The notes under the pieces are model-generated. The model saw only the letters and a list, made by a program, of their open reading frames with translations. It was not told the origin of the DNA and searched no databases. This document shows positions 1-9,994 of a stretch of 33,893 nucleotides of DNA, piece after piece. The position numbers and the translations under genes are program-made. Each line of letters begins with the position of its first letter. The first letter of the stretch is position 1. Source of the DNA: an uncultured delta proteobacterium (GTDB taxonomy: Bacteria > Desulfobacterota > Syntrophobacteria > BM002); assembly GCA_963712115.1 (NCBI GenBank), contig CAVQGX010000036.1:1-33893 (forward strand), read 5' to 3'.

Positions 1-281
1 TCTACACTCTGATTTCCGACCTCTGGCCTGGACGACTTCAACGCTTTTTATGATTTCAACGAATTAACTAATTCTCTAATCAACTAATTCTCTAATTCCC
101 AAATCCGCAATCCGCTCGAAATCATCTACCCCATGCTCTATGCTCCATGGAAAAATATCGATTTTTTGTTTGAGGTTCTGCCGGCTCATATAATATAGTT
201 ATCTGAATGGAGTAAGCTGGTATGTTGCCCTCACTCGAAGGGGGAGTTATGCTTCTCTTTTATAGATCACGGCGATAGGGG

Positions 282-605
282 GTGAAGTGCATGGAATCAT
301 CTCAAATCCCAAAAAAAGATATGTTACCCAATCCGGTTTATGTTGTACTTGACCAATCAGGGCTTGACTTCGAGCGTGCCCAGGATGCTGCTAGAAACCT
401 TGCCAAGAAACTTTACTGGGAGCCAATGCTCTTGAGTTGGTACGACAAGAATGCAGGAAAGTACTCTCCTCAAGATGTAACCTGCAGCTCGGAGGGCAAG
501 CCAGGTTGGGTCGAATACGCAAGATCACGGGGTGGTGATTTCACTGTTGACATAAATTACCAGGAATATGTTTTCATTTTTCGGGGTGGAGAGGAAAAGC
601 CGTAA
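282..605 (+). CDS. Small conserved hypothetical protein, AF1514-like
   Basis: 107-aa ORF; the motifs PMLLSWYD...SP...C...PGWVEYARSRGG..VDIN..YVFIF resemble the AF1514 family from memory. Start may be a later ATG. Confidence 0.6.
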   Translation: MKCMESSQIPKKDMLPNPVYVVLDQSGLDFERAQDAARNLAKKLYWEPMLLSWYDKNAGKYSPQDVTCSSEGKPGWVEYARSRGGDFTVDINYQEYVFIFRGGEEKP

Positions 606-706
606 GCGTTAAGCGGTAAGCGGTAAGCGGTAAGCGGTAAGCGTGTAAGCGTGTGAGCGTTCAGCGGTAAGCGTAATTGGTAAACGGTAACGGTAAACGG
701 TAAGCC
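603..706 (+). repeat. Degenerate tandem heptamer TAAGCGG/TAAACGG tract
   Basis: taagcgg repeated four times exactly, flanked by degenerate copies, between convergent genes. Confidence 0.9.
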
Positions 707-776
707 ATGAGCGAGTCAACTGATTAACGGTGCGAAGGACTTCTACGAATAAACTAATTCTCTAATCAACTAACAT

Positions 777-2777
777 TCAGTCGTCACACTCCAGGCAATA
801 TCCGGCAACTGAGACCAGATTAACGGGTGATCCCAAAAGGATGAGGATGTCGTCCCCAAGAATCTGAGTCTGTCCATCGGGATTGGCTAGTATCTGCGGT
901 CCTCGCCTTATGGCTAAAAGGTTGACTCCGTATTTGGTTCTCAGCTGAAGTTCTGCCAGTGATCTTCCAACTATGGGAGCCTTTTTACTCACCCGTATGC
1001 TGCTAATTTCCATATCCGGAAAGTTGAGTTTGAGGTCAGCCAAGGAAGCTGCCTCTTGCGCTGGTTTGCGAAGCATCTGATACCCGCCCTTTCGTGTTTC
1101 TGCCGTGAACCGATCTATTTCTTCTTTTGGTACCAGATACTTAACCAAAACCCGGGCGAAGATCTCCACGGAGGTTTCGTATTCCTCCGAGATAACCTCG
1201 TTGGCGCCGAGTTCATGCAGGGGAGCCGTCTCCTCGAAAAAGCGGGTCCGAGCAATAATATGGATCTTGGGGTTTAATCTTCTTGCAACTGCGGTAATCT
1301 TTCGGGTTGCAGTGGGATCTGAAATAGCGACCACCATTACCCGGGCTTCTTCAATCCCGGCGTGCCCCACGACTGCTTCATGGGTGGCGTCGCCATACAT
1401 TATAAGCTCACCCGCCTTCTTTTCGCTGCGAACGGTCTCCGGGTTCATCTCGATGATGACATGGGGGATCTTGGCCGTCCTGGCCGCCGTGGCGACGTTT
1501 TTGCCATTCAAACCATAGCCCACGATAATCAGGTGGTCTGCAAGCTCTTGTACTTGATCTACACTAATTGATTCCGACTTTTTGGAAAAACCGCTTTTGA
1601 GTTTAACGGGAAGGGGCAATCGCAGCAAGGCATCGGCGGCTCTGGGTGCTAGAGCCATAATAAACGGCGTTGCCCCCATAGTGATAACGGCGACCGCCAA
1701 AAAAAGTTGGAACGTGTCACCTGCTAGCAATCCATAGTCAACACCGAACCTGGCCAAAATGAATGAAAATTCTCCCACCTGGCATAGTGTAAGACCGGCT
1801 ATGATCGCCGTACGCAGAGGAAAGCCAAGGAAAAGTACGGCAATAGTAGCAATTAGAGTCTTGGCAATGATTATCGCCACGGTGATCAGGGCCACCTGAT
1901 CTGGATGTTTAATCAAAAAGCCAAGGTCCAAGAGCATCCCGATGCTGACGAAAAATAGGCTGGTAAAGACGTCTCGAAACGGTACGATATTGCCGAGCGC
2001 ATGGTGACCGTATTCGGACTCCGAGATGATCAGGCCGGCCAGAAATGCCCCCAATGCCAGAGAAAGGCCTGCAAGATAAGTCAGCCAAGCGATGCCAAAG
2101 CACATGACCAGGACGCTCAACAAAAACAGCTCCCGGCTTCGGGACCTGGCGACCTGATAGAGCAGTCCCGGCACGATCCATCTGGCACTTACTGCCACGA
2201 GGGCAAAAACACCTATGCCTTTGAGTGCTAAAAAGCCAAGGGATTTGCCTAAATGGGCTACCTCTCCAGCCAATAAGGGGGTGACCAGGATCATGGGGAC
2301 AACAGCGATGTCCTGAAAAATCAAAACAGCGAGCGCCTTGCGGCCATGGGGGCTGTCAAATTCGCCTTTTTCCTGAAGGATTTTCAAGACGATGGCGGTG
2401 CTGCTCAGGGAGATAAAGAAACCTATGAACACTGCCTCATTGAAAGGACGGCCCAGTTGTGTCGAGATGGCGAAGCTCACCAGGAAGGTCAAAACCACTT
2501 GTAGAGAACCGCCTAAAACCACCGACTTCTTCATGCGCACGAACTCTTTCAGAGAAAATTCAACGCCAATGGTAAAGAGCAGTAACACCACACCAATTTC
2601 AGCAAGGATTTCCACTTCATGTATCGCGCTGATCAGCCCAAATCCATAAGGTCCGGCGAGGATTCCCGTTAAGAGAAAGCCCACAACGGTCGGCAAGTTG
2701 ACACGCTGACAAACCAGAAGCACGGCGACGGCCAAAGAGAATATGACAAGAACGTCCTTAAATAAAGCCACTTCCAT
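777..2777 (-). CDS. CPA2/Kef-type K+/H+ antiporter with TrkA-N (RCK) and TrkA-C domains
   Basis: Multi-TM N-terminus with LSSTAIV and LIFQDI motifs, IIVGYGLNG Rossmann motif, YGDAT, and C-terminal RCK_C (GRSLAELQLR..YGVNLLAIRR). ATG at 2777 follows GGAG; the ORF track starts at TTG 2789. Confidence 0.93.
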   Translation of the reverse strand: MEVALFKDVLVIFSLAVAVLLVCQRVNLPTVVGFLLTGILAGPYGFGLISAIHEVEILAEIGVVLLLFTIGVEFSLKEFVRMKKSVVLGGSLQVVLTFLVSFAISTQLGRPFNEAVFIGFFISLSSTAIVLKILQEKGEFDSPHGRKALAVLIFQDIAVVPMILVTPLLAGEVAHLGKSLGFLALKGIGVFALVAVSARWIVPGLLYQVARSRSRELFLLSVLVMCFGIAWLTYLAGLSLALGAFLAGLIISESEYGHHALGNIVPFRDVFTSLFFVSIGMLLDLGFLIKHPDQVALITVAIIIAKTLIATIAVLFLGFPLRTAIIAGLTLCQVGEFSFILARFGVDYGLLAGDTFQLFLAVAVITMGATPFIMALAPRAADALLRLPLPVKLKSGFSKKSESISVDQVQELADHLIIVGYGLNGKNVATAARTAKIPHVIIEMNPETVRSEKKAGELIMYGDATHEAVVGHAGIEEARVMVVAISDPTATRKITAVARRLNPKIHIIARTRFFEETAPLHELGANEVISEEYETSVEIFARVLVKYLVPKEEIDRFTAETRKGGYQMLRKPAQEAASLADLKLNFPDMEISSIRVSKKAPIVGRSLAELQLRTKYGVNLLAIRRGPQILANPDGQTQILGDDILILLGSPVNLVSVAGYCLECDD

Positions 2778-2959
2778 CTCATACTCCAAAAAGAAATATT
2801 GCGATTAAAATGTCTCAGGAGGCGACAGAGCCTCTAAAAATATTGCAACTTATAATCATCATTTCAGAATATTGCCACCCGGCCGTTTGTAATCTATCCA
2901 CCTGTAAACAAAGTTTCGCATTACGATTCACCGAACATCTAACCCTCTGCCTGCTTAGC

Positions 2960-3325
2960 CCGTTTCAACGTTTTCAACGAATTCTCTAATTCTCTAATTT
3001 CGAAATTCGCAATTACTTCGCCATGCTCTTTGCTCTTACCCAATGACAGCGAAGCGTAGTGACCCAATGACGGCGAAGCCAATTGACTCAAATAGCCTTG
3101 CGCCTTGCGCCCTGTGCCTCTCCTCAATCCGCAATCTACAATCTAACATCTACAATCTATCCTATGCCCCATGCTCTATGCCCCATGCCTCTTTTCGTCT
3201 CGCTCGACCTCTCGTCTCGCTCGTCTCGCAGGCTCACGCAGTGAGCTCCCTTGCGCCCTTGATCAATCCGAAATCCGCAATCCCACATCCCACATCTCAC
3301 ATCCGCAATCTAAAATCTTCAATTT
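2960..3325 (+). repeat. Mosaic low-complexity intergenic tract (aatccgc, aatctac, ccatgct, gcgcctt, cgtctcg units plus an ATGAC-hairpin array at 3042-3087)
   Basis: Short degenerate tandem units read directly; the same blocks recur at 1-150, 4500-4700, 6660-6870, 30100-30485, 31620-31815 and 33540-33893. Confidence 0.85.
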
Positions 3326-3643
3326 TTTGTGACCCTTTCACTGCCCACTACGTATATGAAAATATGCCTGTTTGGTTATTTCAATCAGGTCAATTTTCAA
3401 ATTCTAGGCAACGGATGCTCTGGCTAGGCTATCTGGTGCTTGGGATACATCGTTCTGTTCAACCTTTTTTATCTCACAAGAACTGAAAGGGGGTGAGTTG
3501 CCAGCCGTCGTAGCGGAGAATATCAGCTTTTCTTCGAATTACTTGCTTCCCGAAGCAAATAGGCGAATGGAATCGATCACAGCGTAAGGTAGGTACTGGG
3601 AACTTGACACATACAGACACCTGTTGACGGGGGGAGGTTTTCC

Positions 3644-4246
3644 ATGAAGATTTCTATCAGAAAAATGTTTGTGCTTTTGGCGGTGGTTATGAGGTTGGTT
3701 GCAGCACAGGCTGTTTGGGCGCATGTGCAATCTATTGAAGGCCCGTACACTGTGGACGGAACGGTGGCATACGTATGGGGTGACAGTCTGGCGATTGCTT
3801 GTGGGTACACGATGGAACCAAATGCTGTTACCGGTTGTCCGTTAATGGTCTCGGGAATGGGCCCGGCGGGCTGGTGGTCAGTGAATGAAGTAACCTTTCC
3901 GGCCAGAGGTGCAGATGTCATCATCAGCATATACAAGGTTACCAGCTCAGTGGGGGACATCAGGTATGTAGCTGGTGAAGTGCTAGATAATGGTGAAGGA
4001 GAGGGTATTCTTTTACATATCCCAGTTTACGATGGTGCTGTTATCTATGTCCTTGATCCCGCTTGGAGTAAGATGGAGCCACTGGCGGCGGCAACTGTTT
4101 TGTCCACTACTGCAACGGACGACACTGACTGTATCTGTAAATGCACCTGTAAAGTCGAGGGCGACTGCACTTGCGACTGTGACTGCGTGGCGACTGCATT
4201 CCCATCGGTGATGAGCATAAGTGGAAAGGTAGCAAATAAGGAATAG
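3644..4246 (+). CDS. Secreted hypothetical protein with Cys-rich C-terminal segment
   Basis: GGAGG RBS upstream, signal-peptide-like N-terminus (AVWA), C-terminal DCICKCTCKVEGDCTCDCDC; a terminator follows. Confidence 0.75.
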   Translation: MKISIRKMFVLLAVVMRLVAAQAVWAHVQSIEGPYTVDGTVAYVWGDSLAIACGYTMEPNAVTGCPLMVSGMGPAGWWSVNEVTFPARGADVIISIYKVTSSVGDIRYVAGEVLDNGEGEGILLHIPVYDGAVIYVLDPAWSKMEPLAAATVLSTTATDDTDCICKCTCKVEGDCTCDCDCVATAFPSVMSISGKVANKE

Positions 4247-4334
4247 AAGAAATATGAACAGCAGACCGACGATTAAATGACTTTAAATTAGGAAGTTAAA
4301 GAAATAGAAAAAGAGCTGGTTAATGGATACGAAG

Positions 4335-4366
4335 AGGCGGAGTTGGAAATGACTCCGCCTTTTTTT
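4335..4366 (+). terminator. Intrinsic terminator
   Basis: AGGCGGAGT...ACTCCGCCT stem followed by a T-run. Confidence 0.8.
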
Positions 4367-4460
4367 AAAATCCACAGTTTGCCTCATGAGATCCAGCTAC
4401 CATATCAAGCCCGGATATTTCATGAATTACCTGCTACGGAACTCCGGCCCCGCCTTTCTT
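4367..4460 (+). repeat. Degenerate copy of the A-site linker of the central array
   Basis: atccagctaccatatcaagcccggatatttcatgaattacctgctacgga closely matches atccagctaccatatgtagccccgatatttcatgaatcacctgctgcgg at ~30018-30067; the core site has been lost. Confidence 0.7.
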
Positions 4461-4543
4461 CATGGGGGAGCGGCTTTCGTAGCCGCGATCTTATACTAAT
4501 TCTCTAATCGACAAAACGCTATGCACTATGCACTGTTCCTCTT

Positions 4544-4626
4544 ACAACAAATGACAGCGAAGCGTAGTGACCCAATGACGCCGAAGGCAAATGACGCGAA
4601 GCCCAATGACAGCGCAGCGTAGTGAC
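4544..4626 (+). repeat. ATGAC + GCGNAGC mini-hairpin array
   Basis: acaacaaATGACagcgaagcg...ATGACgccgaaggc...ATGACgcgaagc...ATGACagcgcagcg. Confidence 0.9.
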
Positions 4627-4734
4627 TCTGAGCTCTGGTGCCTAGTGCTTAGTCCCTAGTGCCTAGTGACTCTCCGACCTCCAACCCTCTGCCCCATACC
4701 CAGTGGCGCTGAAGCCATCACGCCGGCGATCCAC

Positions 4735-5235
4735 TTAGAAGCCCTTGAAAACGCCAATACCGAAATGTACACTCGGACCCCCGCCATTGTCTTTAGGCCA
4801 AAGCTTGATTTCGATAGGCTCCAAAACTGGATAAACGTATTTAAATTCACCAACTTTTCGAGCCTCACTGCCAACAAGCTTGCCCACCACGGTAACAGCT
4901 GTTCCTTCGGTGTACACGGCGGGATCAAGAAGCTGTTTGGCCCGGATCAAAAAACGCCCTTTGGATTGGTCCCCGATCCGGGGACGGTCCCCTCCACCCA
5001 GAGGCAGCTGCAGGACTGTGATTTCTGAATACTCAGGCTTCACCTGGGTTTCTATTATTTTTCCGCCGAGTATCACCACCTCACCTGCGTGGTCCTTCGG
5101 TTTTTCTTGCAGTTCCAAAAAGCCCCCCGAGTAAGTGACCTGCGATCGTGCCTGCTTGGAAATTCCTTTTGTGCAAGCAGCCGCGAGCAGAATGCATACG
5201 ATGCCAAACAGGTAAAAAGTTTTTCTCCGAGCCAT
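4735..5235 (-). CDS. Slp-family outer membrane lipoprotein
   Basis: Lipobox LLAAAC; GGKII, LQLPL...P...S.GRFL, LDPAVY..G..VTVVG and YVYPV motifs typical of Slp. Confidence 0.9.
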   Translation of the reverse strand: MARRKTFYLFGIVCILLAAACTKGISKQARSQVTYSGGFLELQEKPKDHAGEVVILGGKIIETQVKPEYSEITVLQLPLGGGDRPRIGDQSKGRFLIRAKQLLDPAVYTEGTAVTVVGKLVGSEARKVGEFKYVYPVLEPIEIKLWPKDNGGGPSVHFGIGVFKGF

Positions 5236-5576
5236 GTTAACCCTCGTGCTCCATACCTATGTCGAGAAAAAACGCGCAAGAGTGCGTCAGATGTGGCTGC
5301 GCACAGGCTCGGACAGGTTGACGCGTACTTGACCGTACTTGAAGTCCTGTCCGGGGCGAGCACAGCCTCAGATGGCGTGCTATCGCGCGAGCACAGCGAT
5401 TTTTACCGGTGTAGGTATGTAGCATGAGGATTCCCTCCTTTTAGCGGTAGATGAACAGCTGAAAGTGTAATTATACCACTACGGGCTCTTGCAATAAATA
5501 AGCGTGCAGCGACCGCGAATAAATGACCCTAAGCTTTCGTGCCTGGTTGCCTTCCAACCTCCGACTCCTACCTATT

Positions 5577-5659
5577 ACAACAAATGACAGCGCAGCGTAA
5601 TGACGGCGTAGCCTTATGACAGCGTAGCGTAGTGACGGCGTAGCCTTATGACGCAAAGC
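5577..5659 (+). repeat. ATGAC + GCGNAGC mini-hairpin array
   Basis: Five units after acaacaa; nearly identical to 6708-6785. Confidence 0.9.
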
Positions 5660-5819
5660 TCACCTCGAGCGCAGCCCTCCTCCAACCGCTTAGCGCTCTG
5701 CGAATGCTTGACACACAACGCTCTTCTGTGCCACATTCCTTTAGGCGGAAGCGGGTTTTTTCATCACTTTTGAATTCCGCCGAAGAGACTCTATCACTGT
5801 TTTTACGAAAAGGACCATC

Positions 5820-6611
5820 ATGAAGAGACTTGTTTCGGTTCTTGCCATATCATGCATTATTCCCTTATTTGTAGGATGTTCCTGGTACACCAGCAAGAAG
5901 TCACTCCGTTATAAAGATTATGTTGGCCCAGACAGGGTACTTGTACTGCTTTTGCCCCCAATAGGTGGGATGGGTTCACATTATGAGACAAATGGTTTTA
6001 TAGAGGCAGTGCGGGAAAAAGGATTTGAGGCGGATTTAAAAATACTTGATGTGAACCCGGTTCTCTATTTACGGGGCAGAATTATCGAGTTGGTGAAAAC
6101 TGAGTTGGTTGATCCGGCAAAGGCCTCCGGTTATGAGAAAATCATCCTTGTTGGCGCTTCCTTGGGCGGACACGGTGCACTACTTTACATTATGCAACAT
6201 CCCGAAGACTTAGATGGTGTGGTTGTTCTTGCTCCTTTTCTTGGGGGCGGCCGCGTTGCCGAGGCGATCGAGAAGGCAGGTGGCCTAGAGAAATGGGAAG
6301 ATTGCCCCGCCCTTGAGTGGGACTACCCCTGTCATATGTGGAAGCTATTGAAAGCTTGTGTGTCAGATCCACACAATCAAAGCACCATTATTCTCGGTTA
6401 CGGAACAGAGGATGGATTCGCCAAGCAGAACAGCCTTCTGGCCAAAGAGTTGCCGCCAAAAAACGTCTTCACCGTGGCCGGTGGACATGATTGGGTGACC
6501 TGGAAGTATTTGTGGATAGAGGTGTTAGATTACTTCCATGTCAACTGCTCACAGACTGGCCAGGAGACCTGCCTGATCGAAATAAAGAGAGTAACTGACT
6601 TGAAGCCTTGA
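5820..6611 (+). CDS. Alpha/beta-hydrolase (esterase-like) lipoprotein
   Basis: Lipobox LFVGC, nucleophile elbow GASLG, GTEDGF acid and GGHDW His; AGGA RBS. Confidence 0.88.
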   Translation: MKRLVSVLAISCIIPLFVGCSWYTSKKSLRYKDYVGPDRVLVLLLPPIGGMGSHYETNGFIEAVREKGFEADLKILDVNPVLYLRGRIIELVKTELVDPAKASGYEKIILVGASLGGHGALLYIMQHPEDLDGVVVLAPFLGGGRVAEAIEKAGGLEKWEDCPALEWDYPCHMWKLLKACVSDPHNQSTIILGYGTEDGFAKQNSLLAKELPPKNVFTVAGGHDWVTWKYLWIEVLDYFHVNCSQTGQETCLIEIKRVTDLKP

Positions 6612-6707
6612 TATCTGTTCTACTCACTTAAGAACTTTTAAAAATCCTTCCAAATGACCTTATCTGTCCTCTGATCTCTGACTTCCGACCTCCGACCCCT
6701 ACCTCTT

Positions 6708-6823
6708 ACAACAAATGACAGCGCAGCGTAATGACGGCGTAGCCTTATGACAGCGTAGCGTAGTGACGGCGTAGCCTTATGACAGCGCAGCGTAGTGACC
6801 CAATGACGGCGAAGCCAAATGAC
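6708..6823 (+). repeat. ATGAC + GCGNAGC mini-hairpin array
   Basis: Longest array in the window, with about six hairpin units. Confidence 0.9.
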
Positions 6824-7089
6824 CCAAATCGCCTTCCGCCCTCTGTCCTCTAGCTACTGGCTACTGACTACTTCTTTGTAGTGCTCCGAGTAATTCCTAT
6901 CGAGATTGTAGTTTTTTTGTATTGACTTGGATTGGCTCGCTAGCATACTATGCTCACGAATGGTTTTTCGGTCATGTTATGGTTGTGTGCATGTTGGATT
7001 TATCTATGGTGAAGTCAGTCACTATGTAGAGATACCACACCATGAAGCTGCGAACTTTAACTATGATAGAAAACTGAGGAGGGTTAGAA

Positions 7090-7377
7090 ATGTCCAGTCA
7101 GAAGAAAAATAAGAATGCTCAGAAAAGAAGGATTACCTTCAAGTTGGAAGCATCAGAATCCCAAGAGGCCATCTTGGCAGGAGACTTTAACAGTTGGGAT
7201 ACCAAGAAGCACATAATGAAAAGAGACAACAAAGGGAGGTGGACCAAGATTGTTACTCTTGCCCCTGGGAGCTACGAGTATAAGTTTATTGTGGATGGGG
7301 AATGGCAGAATGATCCCAGCAATGATCAGGTGGTCCCCAACTCCTTTGGTACCCTCAACAATTTCTTGAATGTGTAA
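7090..7377 (+). CDS. Stand-alone glycogen-binding (CBM48 / isoamylase early-set) domain protein
   Basis: LAGDFNSW, G.W...V.L.PG.YEYKFIVDGEW..DP.N, NSFGTLN; GAGGAGG RBS. Confidence 0.92.
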   Translation: MSSQKKNKNAQKRRITFKLEASESQEAILAGDFNSWDTKKHIMKRDNKGRWTKIVTLAPGSYEYKFIVDGEWQNDPSNDQVVPNSFGTLNNFLNV

Positions 7378-7420
7378 ATAGCCACCTAGATTGAAGACTA
7401 GCATGAGTTAAATGAAATGG

Positions 7421-7461
7421 CCCCCACTGGCCGTAGTATCTCCGGTCAGAGGGGGTTTTTT
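7421..7461 (+). terminator. Intrinsic terminator
   Basis: CCCCCACTGGCCG...CGGTCAGAGGGGG stem plus T-run. Confidence 0.7.
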
Positions 7462-7653
7462 ATTGCCAGTTCTCCCCCCATTCGTGCAATCTGATAGTAG
7501 CTCAAGACTTTCTGAAGAAGTTAAACGAATCAAACTCTATGCTGTCCAATGCCCTAAATGCAGAACAAATCTGATGATCAGGCCAACTGAGAAAGTATGT
7601 CCTGTTTGTGTGAGTAAGCTGCCAAAACCTGCAAAGCATTTAAGCACAAATTT

Positions 7654-7709
7654 ATCTTGTGCCAGATTAAATTGCAGCCGAGTGTGAATTAAGGGATGTA
7701 ATGCACACT
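7654..7709 (+). repeat. B-type palindromic site B1 with partial linker
   Basis: AGTGTGAATTA-AGGGATG-TAATGCACACT (7681-7709); arms 10/11 inverted. Confidence 0.9.
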
Positions 7710-8017
7710 TTTGCCTGTTGTCTGGTCCGAGTCCTAATGAATCATCACGCTTTCCTCTCGAAGCCGTCACATATGCTTATCATATCAATAAATTCTTGAA
7801 TGTTTACATCTTGGCAAGAGACATGAACGTTCCTCTACTGTTGATCAACAACCGTACTCGGTGATACTATCTTCTCAAGCGATACCATGTTGCCTGAGGC
7901 TATCTACAACAATCCACAGGCTGCGTAGGTCTTTAGCCATCTAGAGTTACAGTCTATCTCGCACTAAGTTAAGATTTAAACTCAAGTAGTGTGTTCGGGA
8001 AAAGGAGAAAAGAATCA

Positions 8018-8335
8018 ATGGCGTGGATTTATCTCTTTGTTGCGGGTTTATTCGAAGTAGTTTGGGCAATAGCTATGAAATATTCTGAAGGTTTCACTAA
8101 ACCCTTGTCGAGTGGGATCACGCTGGTGGCCATGTTTATAAGCGTATTTTTCTTGTCTCAAGCATTGAAAATCCTGCCAGTAGGTACAGGATATGCCGTT
8201 TGGACTGGAATTGGAGCGGTTGGCACAGCACTGATGGGTATTTTACTCTTTGGCGAGTCGCGCGAAATAGCTAGAGTTTTATTTATTTTCCTGATTATTA
8301 CAGGAATTGCGGGCCTCAAGCTAACTTCATCTTAG
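8018..8335 (+). CDS. sugE: SMR-family exporter, SugE/Gdx subtype
   Basis: MAWIYLFVAGLFEVVWAIAMKYSEGFT, LPVGTGYAVWTGIGAVG; four TMs; AGGAG before ATG 8018. Confidence 0.88.
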   Translation: MAWIYLFVAGLFEVVWAIAMKYSEGFTKPLSSGITLVAMFISVFFLSQALKILPVGTGYAVWTGIGAVGTALMGILLFGESREIARVLFIFLIITGIAGLKLTSS

Positions 8336-8504
8336 TGAAGAAATTGCGGCCTTAGATATGTCCTTACACGGTCAGATAGGGCAAACAACCTCCCTGTTGT
8401 GATGCCGCTGACGAGATTTAGTAATGGGGCTATTGATCACAATCGTGGAGGGAGGAGTTTGAGATAGTATGGAAGTTTTAAACAACATAATAAAGGAAAG
8501 GTAG

Positions 8505-9644
8505 ATGGATTCCATTGTCGATCCCAAAGATTTTCCTGCTAGCGACAAATGTACATATTTGAATGCCGCTAATGTGGCCTTAATGTACCAAGGCGCTGAA
8601 AAAGCTATCATCGAATGGCAAAAAGACCTTGCTGAAAATGGCAGCATAAACTTTGATGAAAGTGCCGAAGCAACCGTATTCGGTGACTTACATAGTGCCG
8701 CCGCACGTCTTTTTAACGCCCGGCCCGAGGACATTGCAGTAGGCTCCAGCGCAACAGAACTTATCAGTTCATTGGCCTGGGCGGTCGCCCCTGAGTGTAA
8801 GACCAATGTGGTCAGTACGGATATAGTATTTCCTAGTACAGTTTATCCCTGGCTTCGTGTAGCAAGGCATACGAACTGTGAGCTTAGGTTGGCTAAGGGT
8901 CAAAACAGTTATGCCAACCCAGATGACGTGATCCAACTAATCGATAACCTTACCTCTGCAGTGTGCGTTTCGCACGTTGAATACAGTGGTGGACAGCGGT
9001 ATGACCTGCAAAAGATGGCGGATGTGGCGCATGACCATGACGCTCTCCTGGTGGTAGATGCAACTCAATCTGCCGGTGCCGTCCCAATAGATGTACAAGC
9101 ATGTGGTGTGGATGCCTTAGTCACCGGCGGCTACAAGTGGCTTTGCGGACCATTCGGTGCAGCGGTGATGTATCTTGCACCTCATTTACAGAATCAGCTA
9201 GACCCGGGATTAGTAGGATTTCGCAGTCATAAAGACATGTGGGATCTTCAGGCGGACCGAGTTGAGTTCCCGGCAACGGCACAGCGTTTTGAGTACAGTA
9301 CCATGGCTTATGGCTGTGCTATAGGATTGGCGCGTTCAATAGAATACTTGGTGGATGTCGGTGTGGCGCGCATTTTTTCGTACAATATACATTTGGCTAA
9401 TTTGTTGATTGAAGGCTTGGAAAAGCGCAACGTGGAAATTATCTCGCCCCGCAATGAGGCAGAGCAGACCTCCATTGTGGCTGCACGGTTTCCGGGGAAG
9501 GATCCGGCGGAAGTGGCTCGAAGACTTAAGGCGGCTCAAGTTATGGTTTCATCGAGAAAGGATTTTGTCAGGTTTTCTCCCCACCTTTACAATCAGCCGG
9601 CTGATATTCAACAAGCTTTGGACAGAATTGAAGAAATTCCATAA
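8505..9644 (+). CDS. Class V PLP-dependent aminotransferase-fold enzyme (cysteine desulfurase/lyase-like)
   Basis: YLNAA, VDATQSAG, GYKWLCGPFG (PLP lysine), RFSPHLYN. Confidence 0.9.
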   Translation: MDSIVDPKDFPASDKCTYLNAANVALMYQGAEKAIIEWQKDLAENGSINFDESAEATVFGDLHSAAARLFNARPEDIAVGSSATELISSLAWAVAPECKTNVVSTDIVFPSTVYPWLRVARHTNCELRLAKGQNSYANPDDVIQLIDNLTSAVCVSHVEYSGGQRYDLQKMADVAHDHDALLVVDATQSAGAVPIDVQACGVDALVTGGYKWLCGPFGAAVMYLAPHLQNQLDPGLVGFRSHKDMWDLQADRVEFPATAQRFEYSTMAYGCAIGLARSIEYLVDVGVARIFSYNIHLANLLIEGLEKRNVEIISPRNEAEQTSIVAARFPGKDPAEVARRLKAAQVMVSSRKDFVRFSPHLYNQPADIQQALDRIEEIP

Positions 9645-9706
9645 CAGCAAAATATTCTATTCTAAGGTACTACCCCAGCATTTTATGCCGAGTCCTGAGA
9701 AGCAGA

Positions 9707-9735
9707 AGTTTAAATTAAGGGATGTCATCCACACC
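9707..9735 (+). repeat. B-type site B2
   Basis: AGTTTAAATTA-AGGGATG-TCATCCACACC. Confidence 0.8.
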
Positions 9736-9994
9736 TCTCAAGTGACCGAGGTGGCGCTGCATTTCTCATCAAAGTTTTATCTCACCATTGTTGGCCTAAT
9801 GTGCCAGCATCCAGTTTCCCTTTGCCTTGATTACGAGTTATGCTTACTTATTGGGAAGCGGGCTTTTGAGTCAATTTATGCACCCGAACTGACTCTACCT
9901 TACGACTGAGTTCGGCCAACTAATGCCGGCCAGACAACCAGACGAATTGGTTAATACTCTCAATAATTTCATAAGGAAGATCTAGGAGCGCATT

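Noticed and set aside
3043-3486. 147-aa ORF and similar ORFs at 2939, 5471, 30208, 31779 and the 30397-30558 extension
   Set aside because: They translate low-complexity repeat tracts and have no RBS or domain signal.
4544-6823. ATGAC arrays as mini-CRISPRs
   Set aside because: Units are about 15 bp and the variable parts come from a small reused set of hairpins, not unique spacers.
7412-7687. ORF with CPKC...CPVC Zn-ribbon
   Set aside because: It starts inside a terminator and runs into site B1; possibly a gene remnant, but not supportable as a CDS.
7681-7709. Sites as canonical XerC/D dif or pdif
   Set aside because: The spacer is 7 bp rather than 6 and there is no TTATGTTAAAT XerD arm; only the general layout is similar.
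7800-8017. Guanidine riboswitch upstream of the SugE/Gdx gene
   Set aside because: No ykkC-type motif or paired ACGR hairpins recognisable by eye; an Rfam scan would be needed to exclude it fully.
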